DNA of 32,000 bases. Source: Candidatus Brocadia sp. (GTDB lineage Bacteria; Planctomycetota; Brocadiia; Brocadiales; Brocadiaceae). Each line of letters starts with the position of its first letter. Within the stretch, counting starts at the first letter, position 1. The translations under genes were made by a program, and so were the position numbers. The stretch spans positions 510,001 through 542,000 of the forward strand of contig CP091279.1 of NCBI GenBank assembly GCA_021650915.1, written 5' to 3'. Of this stretch, positions 7,027-13,330 are shown in pieces. Under the pieces are notes generated by a model that saw only the letters and a program-made list of their open reading frames with translations, was not told where the DNA came from and did no database searches.

Positions 7027-9417
7027 TCATCTCTGAACCTCGTTTTTAAATTGTAGATAAACTTCCTTGGTGTTTTCATCAACGGTGACGCGAAAATTCT
7101 TGCCAAGACGCTTCTTTTGTCGAGCCAGGGACATCTTTAATAAAGAAGGGCATAGAACGGATGTAAACACAATAACCATAATAATCGAGGAAAATACGGT
7201 GTCGTCCAGTATGCCCATGTCGCTGCCTATACCAGATAAAATTAAGGTTCCCTCCAGCTTCATTGCCATTCCAATGCCGATAAGCATGCGGTTTATGCCT
7301 CTTTCAGTTGGGCAAACGCTGCAGAAGAACTTTCCAAAAACGGCAGCGCCCGTTATTGCAAGACCAAGGAATATCGCATCCTTATTCAAAATACTTTCCA
7401 GATTCACCTGTGCGCCTACCCGCACGAAGAGTATTGGCACAAGAATCATATAATACGGACGAATAATACGTTCCACGGTGCTATATTCTTTTTCGTCAGA
7501 ATCTTTAAATTTTACATTTCTGAGCAGCAAACCCGCTGCAAACGCCCCTATTACGCCGTGAAGTCCGATTGATCCGGAAATAAAGGCAAACATGAGTGAT
7601 AGAATTATTACGATAGATATCTTTAAGCCCTCTGCCACTTTGCTCGTTAAGAAATTACCGAATCTCTCCCCGTATTTTGTGACAATTACCAAAACAATTG
7701 TCAAAAAAGAAAATGCAATACCCGTAGTAATTACTACATTCATTACAGATACTTCACCCTTCGTGGCAATTCCGCTTACGATACCAAAGGTCAATATTAC
7801 AATAATTTCAGTAAGAAGGGTTGCGCCTGTTATAATTCTGCCCTCAGGGGTATTCATTGCCTTTAATTCGCTTAGAATTGCGAATAATAATCCCGTGCTC
7901 GTATTGCAGATAATAATAGCCAAAAGCAGTTTCGAACTAAATGCAGCATCCGAGAGAAGGAAATAGCAGACTAAAAGGCCTAGCCCGGCAGGCGCTATTA
8001 TGCCCCCGAGGCTTACCAGAAATGATGAAAAGCCCACCCGTAATAATGCCTTGATGTCTGTGTGAAGGCCAGCCGTTAAAAGAAGTAACAATGTCCCAAA
8101 GTAGGATATCACCTTCAAAAATGGCATTGTCTGCAGAAAAACAAAAAATTCAGATCCTGTTAGAAAGAAAAAATTGCCCAGTATTATCCCCGCGATTAAA
8201 TTTCCAACCACCTCAGGAAGCTTTACCATACTAGCCAACCAACCTCCAATTTTGGCCGCAATAAGAGTAATTGCAACCGCGATGATAATGCTGAGAGTCG
8301 GATTCGTATGCCATATCTCCCAGGTAAATTTTAAATCTTCTGTCTCTTTTCTTGATTCAGATGGCGGCTCAGATGAGGATATTTCTTTCTCAGGCTCTTT
8401 TGCCCCTTCCATTATTACGTCCGGGCCCTTTTCCTTTGCCGTGTAGGAAGATTCTTCTGCGGGAGTTAAAGACGTCTCTTTCCCGTCTATAGTCGTGTCG
8501 GATTTGTTTTCAATATTAAGTGTGTGCGTGCCTTTTGCCTCCAGCTCCTCGCCTGCAGTAATTTCACTATGAAAATTTGGTGTGGCGATTGTCATTGGCG
8601 TACTTTCTGCTTTAGTTTCCGGAAAGGTCTCTGAAAAAGAGGTTGTCGGTGGGTGACCATCGTCAGCCAGGGATTTCTCCTGATTAATTTTTTCCTCTTG
8701 CATTTCTGAGGAAGGGGGTTTTTCCCCGGTAATGGGCTGATCGGATTTGTTGTTTTCCTCGTACCCCTGAGTTGTATCTTTTTCAGCAGCAGGGGACTGT
8801 TGTTCGTCAACAGACAGGGTTTCAGAATCCGGCGTAGCTGGTATTGAATGGATGTCTTTTTTTTGATTGTCAACAGGAGCTTTGTTTTCTGTGACTATTG
8901 AGTGGTAATCTCCATCTGCAGAAAGTCCTTTCTGAAGACCTTTTTCCTTGCCTATCTCAGGAGGGGAAGGAGCTTTTTCTTCAGTAACAATCGGAAGAGG
9001 CGCGTTATCCACCGTGGGTGTTTGCGTTCCCTTTTTTTCTCCAGTGAGGGATTGTTCATTAATAACAGACATGAGAGAAACATCAGGTGGAGAAACATGT
9101 TGATGCGCATCTTTTTCCGCGGCGTTTAAAGATGCTGCTTTTTCCACGACAGTTGGCTGCTGATCCCTATCAGGTAATTTTTCCTGGAGATTTTTTTCCT
9201 TTGTCGTTTTCAAATGTCTCATTAAATATTGCTTTGGAGAAAGTATTTCTTCAATAGGAAAAGAGGGCACTTCCTTTTTCATATCAAAGGACATTTGACC
9301 GGACTGTTTGATAGGTTCTGAATGCCCATCTCCTAAGGGAGATGCGCCAATTGCAACAGAGCAATAAAAAGAGACAACAACAGTTAGAAAAGTCAGATGG
9401 TATTTTAAAATAGGCAT
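7027..9417 (-). CDS. Cation:proton antiporter (CPA2 / Na+/H+ exchanger family) with signal peptide and long low-complexity N-terminal extension
   Basis: 796 aa. N-terminal hydrophobic signal-like segment (LTFLTVVVSFYCSVAIGA), then ~335 aa rich in E/K/P/T/S without hydrophobic segments. From about aa 370 a polytopic membrane domain begins with KLPEVVGNLIAGIILG, typical of Kef/NhaP-type exchangers. No KTN/TrkA domain at the C-terminus. Confidence 0.8.
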   Translation of the reverse strand: MPILKYHLTFLTVVVSFYCSVAIGASPLGDGHSEPIKQSGQMSFDMKKEVPSFPIEEILSPKQYLMRHLKTTKEKNLQEKLPDRDQQPTVVEKAASLNAAEKDAHQHVSPPDVSLMSVINEQSLTGEKKGTQTPTVDNAPLPIVTEEKAPSPPEIGKEKGLQKGLSADGDYHSIVTENKAPVDNQKKDIHSIPATPDSETLSVDEQQSPAAEKDTTQGYEENNKSDQPITGEKPPSSEMQEEKINQEKSLADDGHPPTTSFSETFPETKAESTPMTIATPNFHSEITAGEELEAKGTHTLNIENKSDTTIDGKETSLTPAEESSYTAKEKGPDVIMEGAKEPEKEISSSEPPSESRKETEDLKFTWEIWHTNPTLSIIIAVAITLIAAKIGGWLASMVKLPEVVGNLIAGIILGNFFFLTGSEFFVFLQTMPFLKVISYFGTLLLLLTAGLHTDIKALLRVGFSSFLVSLGGIIAPAGLGLLVCYFLLSDAAFSSKLLLAIIICNTSTGLLFAILSELKAMNTPEGRIITGATLLTEIIVILTFGIVSGIATKGEVSVMNVVITTGIAFSFLTIVLVIVTKYGERFGNFLTSKVAEGLKISIVIILSLMFAFISGSIGLHGVIGAFAAGLLLRNVKFKDSDEKEYSTVERIIRPYYMILVPILFVRVGAQVNLESILNKDAIFLGLAITGAAVFGKFFCSVCPTERGINRMLIGIGMAMKLEGTLILSGIGSDMGILDDTVFSSIIMVIVFTSVLCPSLLKMSLARQKKRLGKNFRVTVDENTKEVYLQFKNEVQR

Positions 9418-9496
9418 CGGTATACTCGGATCAAAATTATAAAATCTGTGACCATTTAGATTTTCAAAAGCCCAATAGGGACAATATCATTCCTCG

Positions 9497-9708
9497 CGCA
9501 GCAAAGCCACAACCAATTCTCCGCTGTGAAAGCGGGAGATTGCTTCGGACAAGACCCTTGCAATGACACTGACTATGTCTTTGATGACATAAGGTACGTT
9601 GTCATTTTGCGAGCGAAGCAAGGCAATCCTTCTCTTGTAAACAAACGGTACCTTCTGATAAGGGGTAAATAGGGCTATAAAAAAAGATTTTATACAGTAA
9701 TACGATAG
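9497..9708 (+). repeat. Modular intergenic repeat, type A copy 1 (head + hairpin core + tail)
   Basis: The head cgcagcaaagccacaaccaa, the imperfect long hairpin gattgcttcgg...caatgaca / tgtcatt..gcgagcgaagc.aggcaatc, and the tail ttttatacagtaatacgatag align along their whole length with 16137-16355. Confidence 0.7.
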
Positions 9709-9856
9709 AAAAAATTTTTCAAAAGGTCAAATTGTTACCTAAAATCTTATCTTATTAATGGAAACAATAATGGTAATTCATTGGTTCCTGATCTCAGGAT
9801 TTTTTCAAACGCAATGCTTCGGTTGAACACAAACGTGAGAGGCTTGGAATTCATAA

Positions 9857-9968
9857 CGCAGCACAGTCGCAACCAAAAAAGTTCAACCACAAGGAACGCA
9901 AAGTTTTACACAAAGACCACAAAGAAAACATTACAGAAAAAAGAAGTTTTTATGAAGTAACACTATGG
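9857..9968 (+). repeat. Modular intergenic repeat, type B copy 1 (head + CACAAAG-iteron core + tail)
   Basis: This 112-bp element matches 19611-19722 at about 98 of 112 positions by hand alignment. The core has four 8-mers of the form C[AG]CAA[AG]G[AT]. Confidence 0.75.
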
Positions 9969-10070
9969 AGATGCGTTTGTTTTCTGAAGTTTCTGACTCT
10001 TTATTTCAGTAAACCAGTCTGATTCTTTTATCATTACGCTGTCCAGAATAGTGCTAATCAATACATATAC

Positions 10071-10163
10071 CGCAGCACCTCCGCAACCAATTCGCCCTCA
10101 ATAGCGGGGAGTGAGGGGGTGTTTAAAAACTTGCAAAAAAGAATTTATGCGGTAGTGCTATAG
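10071..10163 (+). repeat. Modular intergenic repeat, type C (head + tail, no inserted core)
   Basis: cgcagcacctccgcaaccaattcgccctcaatagcggggag joins directly to tgagggggtgtttaaaaacttgcaaaaaagaatttatgcggtagtgctatag. It is collinear with type A minus the ~115-bp hairpin block. Confidence 0.6.
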
Positions 10164-10595
10164 ATACCTGCAAGCAAGGTTGATTACGCTGCGTCGTACC
10201 CTAAGAATCAGCATAAATCAATCCTGCCGGAAAGTCAAATACACAATCATGTATCCCGGCATTGAATAATATTTTCTTGCTGTCCATCAGACTTCCGATT
10301 AAAAATTCAAGGCCAAGCACAAACGGTATAAAGAGAACGCCAGGTTTAGCGATAAATTCTGTGATGATTGTAACGGGGAAGAAATTCTAAAGGATCATGC
10401 CGATTACGATAAACATGGCAACGCGTGATTGGTTGATTTTGGAGCCTGAAGAATCAGTTAAAATGAGAACAACGCGGAAAATACCTGAAAATATTTCGCT
10501 TTCGTTAACAAGTATTTTAAGTTTTACTCTTTACACAGAGACTCTTAATGAAAATAATTTTTTTACGCGACAAGGCATTTCCCTTTTTCATTAAT

Positions 10596-11036
10596 TTACG
10601 GCACTAAATAGATCTTTGCCTCCTTTACATTATCATCAATGTATGTCTCACGGGGGATTTTTTCAATTTCAGCCCGTATTGTATAGGCATCCTCCTTCAG
10701 TCCCTTGGTATTCCAGGTATAGGTGAATTTTTTGGAAGATAGGCCCTCCAATGTTTCAGCCTCCCGGCCTATGATTTGTTTCATCGTGGAACACGTTACG
10801 GTCAAGATGGTTGTTTCCTTTGTCATCCTTTCGTTACCAATAACCACGACAACGGGTATCTTTTCTCCGATTGAGGCCATCATGGGGGCGTCCAGCGATA
10901 CGATCATTACCCCGTGCACCATCGGCTCGATATTCCTTTTCTCATCAGCAAGGCAGGCAGATAATTTGGTTGCAGAAAAACAGCATGCAATAAATATCAG
11001 GTTTATTCCTACGCTATTCTTATAATATTTCATCAT
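10596..11036 (-). CDS. Small lipoprotein with CARDB-like beta-sandwich domain
   Basis: AGGAGG lies 5 nt upstream of the ATG at 11036, and the track's TTG at 11057 would contain that RBS. The signal peptide ends in the lipobox L-S-A-C. The remainder fits the CARDB pattern (GEKIPVVVVIGN..., FTYTWNTKGL..., AYTIRAEI..., ETYIDDN). Confidence 0.55.
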   Translation of the reverse strand: MMKYYKNSVGINLIFIACCFSATKLSACLADEKRNIEPMVHGVMIVSLDAPMMASIGEKIPVVVVIGNERMTKETTILTVTCSTMKQIIGREAETLEGLSSKKFTYTWNTKGLKEDAYTIRAEIEKIPRETYIDDNVKEAKIYLVP

Positions 11037-11108
11037 AACCGCCTCCTGTGTACGCAAATGATTACAAATATCTAAGATTGCTTTAGCAATAACTGAAACA
11101 AGTAAATT

Positions 11109-11127
11109 AAGTATACTATCGTATACT
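11109..11127. promoter_or_regulatory. Candidate operator: aaGTATAC-tatc-GTATACt
   Basis: Two palindromic GTATAC hexamers are spaced 4 bp apart, 73-91 nt upstream of the lipoprotein start. A near-identical 19-mer occurs at 15771-15789. Confidence 0.4.
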
Positions 11128-11196
11128 ATTATGTCAACAGGTAAATGTGCGTTTACCTATTCATGCTATAGAATCTGATGCCATTAATTTATAAAA

Positions 11197-11232
11197 CCAA
11201 AAAGGCCAGCTATACGAAGCTGGCCTTTTTTG
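11197..11232 (-). terminator. Rho-independent terminator downstream of the FNT gene (symmetrical, potentially bidirectional)
   Basis: The minus-strand RNA reads AAAAAGGCCAGC-UUCGUAUA-GCUGGCCUUUUUGGUUUU. That is a 7-bp GC-rich stem extendable by A:U pairs, followed by a U-run, ~113 nt after stop codon 11345-11347. Confidence 0.75.
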
Positions 11233-11344
11233 CACGGAGACTTCGCTAACGCTAAAGGGGAGACGCTAGGAAGTCTTTTGTGCGTGAAATCTTTATGAAA
11301 GATATTTCCGTTGCTGCTTTCTTGATGAATTTGTTTGTGACGTA

Positions 11345-12235
11345 TTACTTCATCTTTATCTTGACGTCCTTAATCTCTTCAGGAGTCCCGCCTGCCCGCG
11401 GCAACTCTGCGCTTCCTGACCCACCCTTTATGCCGCCCATTTTCTTTGCCCCTCTTTCATCCGTAACCGTGGCAAACCAGTACAGGAAGGTGACGAAGAA
11501 AGACCCCCCCACAATATTCCCGAGGGTAACAGGGACAAGGTTCCACCCAAACATCTTACCCCATGAAATTACCGCTGGGTCGTGCGGCAGTAAATTTGCA
11601 ATCGTCAAAAACGTCATGTTTGCCACACTGTGCTCCATCCCCGTAGTAACAAAACAGAACAAAACCCACCAGCACATGATTATCTTGCCTGAATCGCTTG
11701 TGCATCTGAAGGTTGACCATATACCTAGGCAAACGAGCCAGTTACAGAAGATGCCCCTGAAAAACAATTCCCACCACGGCGCATTCATCTTATAGGTAGC
11801 CGCCTTGTTTAAAAAAGCATGCCATGGATCAGGAGCGAACACGCCGGACATATAAATTAAAAGCGCAAAAATCATCGATCCGCCCAGGTTGCCTAAGTAC
11901 GTCCAAAACCACCCCAACATTGAATCGCCAAATGATACGGTGCCCCGAAAGGACCCTTTTAATAGCAGTAAGTTATATCCGGTAAACAATTCGGCGCCAC
12001 CAATAACTACTAAAATCAAGGCGATAGGGAATACAGCGCCGCCAACTATTTTGCCAATCCCCGGATTTATCGCTGCAACAGGCGCAGCCGCAATAACCAT
12101 GAGAAGGACACCAAATCCAATATAAAAACCCGCTACCACGGAAAGCGTCAAGAAGCCTATAAGGCTGTGCTTCATTGCCGTGGCTTTCTTTAACGATACC
12201 GCTGCAATTGCATCTACATTTCCCGTATATAACAT
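11345..12235 (-). CDS. Formate/nitrite transporter (FNT) family channel, FocA/NirC-type
   Basis: 296 aa. FNT motifs: ELFTGYN, FCNWLVCLGIW, GMEHSVANM (central His) and NIVGG. GAGGAG lies 8 nt upstream of the ATG at 12235. Carries a 37-aa Gly/Lys-rich C-terminal tail. Confidence 0.85.
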   Translation of the reverse strand: MLYTGNVDAIAAVSLKKATAMKHSLIGFLTLSVVAGFYIGFGVLLMVIAAAPVAAINPGIGKIVGGAVFPIALILVVIGGAELFTGYNLLLLKGSFRGTVSFGDSMLGWFWTYLGNLGGSMIFALLIYMSGVFAPDPWHAFLNKAATYKMNAPWWELFFRGIFCNWLVCLGIWSTFRCTSDSGKIIMCWWVLFCFVTTGMEHSVANMTFLTIANLLPHDPAVISWGKMFGWNLVPVTLGNIVGGSFFVTFLYWFATVTDERGAKKMGGIKGGSGSAELPRAGGTPEEIKDVKIKMK

Positions 12236-12750
12236 TAATTGTTCTCCTCTAAAATGTTGTAGACACTATTTTAAAACAATACCAATTATTTACCCTCTCT
12301 TCTAAGGCACATTACAATGCAACGTTCATTTCAAATCAGTAATTCATCTGGTGCACCCCCTTTCTTTCGTTTCATATAAGCTCTGTGAACGCGGACAAAC
12401 ATAGCCTGTCTGTGTCACCCTCTATACCGCATAAATAAAATGGAACCTCCTTACAATCAAATTCTTCCCTCTCAGGGTTGTTTCAATCTTGTAGATTGAA
12501 CCATGTTTTTGACATGGGCCTGTCCACCTTCATTTGGCGCCAGATATGTGGAACGGGTAAAATCTTCGTCTCAATCATTGACAATTGAACCAACCCTGAG
12601 ATGAGAGGAGGCTTTTTACGAACAGATAACGGACACCGGGTATCCAAGCCTTGTTGCCGTTGTTTTATCCGCTGTGTTTTATCTGTTATTTTCGTATGCC
12701 ATGGTTAGCCCAAAACCGATGGCATAACATCTATTTTCTATTCGTTGAAC

Positions 12751-13284
12751 TTACTGGTGAGGCAGCCTCCATTCTTCCGGCGCCTTTAACGGCTCCTCAA
12801 GTTGTTTTCTGAGCGTCACATTTTCTTTTTTCGTTGTTTCGATATTCTTCAAGAGTTCTTGAATTGACAAATCCTTACTATTGAGCGTCTTTCTTGCTAA
12901 TGACAACGAATCCTCCAACCCCCATATCTCTTTTTGTAATCGGGCTTTCTCCTCCTCCAGCATTGCCTTTATGTCTTCGAGTTTCTCATTGGCGAGTTTC
13001 AATTGTTCATCATGTTCCTTAAATGAGGCCGTAAGCTTTTCCGCTTCCTCTTTTTGTCGCGTAATATCACTAATCATCTTGTTTAGCTCTTCCATTGAAC
13101 CAAAGGCCTTCATCACTCTGTTTTCGAGTTGCTGGTGAAATGTCTTTTCCCTGACGTATCCCGCCTCTTTCATCCTGTAATACTTATTAAGCATTTTTGT
13201 CGCAAACCCAACGTTCACAAATAAGAGTATTACAATAAGGGTCTTGGCATTAACGGATAAACCCTTTGTCGTCTGATCTACCAT
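12751..13284 (-). CDS. Membrane-anchored coiled-coil protein of unknown function
   Basis: 177 aa. One N-terminal TM (TLIVILLFVNVGFAT), then a heptad-like E/K/L-rich region through to the C-terminus. AGGAG lies 9 nt upstream of the ATG. Starts 46 nt after the stop of the upstream sensor gene. No H-box or other catalytic motif. Confidence 0.6.
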   Translation of the reverse strand: MVDQTTKGLSVNAKTLIVILLFVNVGFATKMLNKYYRMKEAGYVREKTFHQQLENRVMKAFGSMEELNKMISDITRQKEEAEKLTASFKEHDEQLKLANEKLEDIKAMLEEEKARLQKEIWGLEDSLSLARKTLNSKDLSIQELLKNIETTKKENVTLRKQLEEPLKAPEEWRLPHQ

Positions 13285-13330
13285 AATTCTGCGCTCCTGG
13301 AACAGGGTATTTTAATGAAATAATGGTATT

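Noticed and set aside
9418-10595. Repeat-rich 1.2-kb gap as a possible CRISPR array
   Set aside because: The repeats are 93-212 bp, differ in length and internal structure, and are irregularly spaced. There are no cas genes nearby. This is not CRISPR-like.
11037-11057. TTG start at 11057 for the lipoprotein gene
   Set aside because: That extension contains the AGGAGG that is ideally spaced for the ATG at 11036, and it would put 7 polar residues in front of the signal peptide.
11280-11795. 171-aa plus-strand ORF
   Set aside because: It is fully antisense to the strongly supported FNT gene. The product is a low-complexity Pro/Phe-rich translation with no motifs.
12751-13284. Coiled-coil protein as a detached HisKA/dimerisation domain of the upstream sensor
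   Set aside because: It has no H-box (H-E-[LIV]-[RK]-x-P-L) and no ATPase motifs downstream. It also has its own TM anchor and RBS. Kept as an unknown partner rather than a split kinase.
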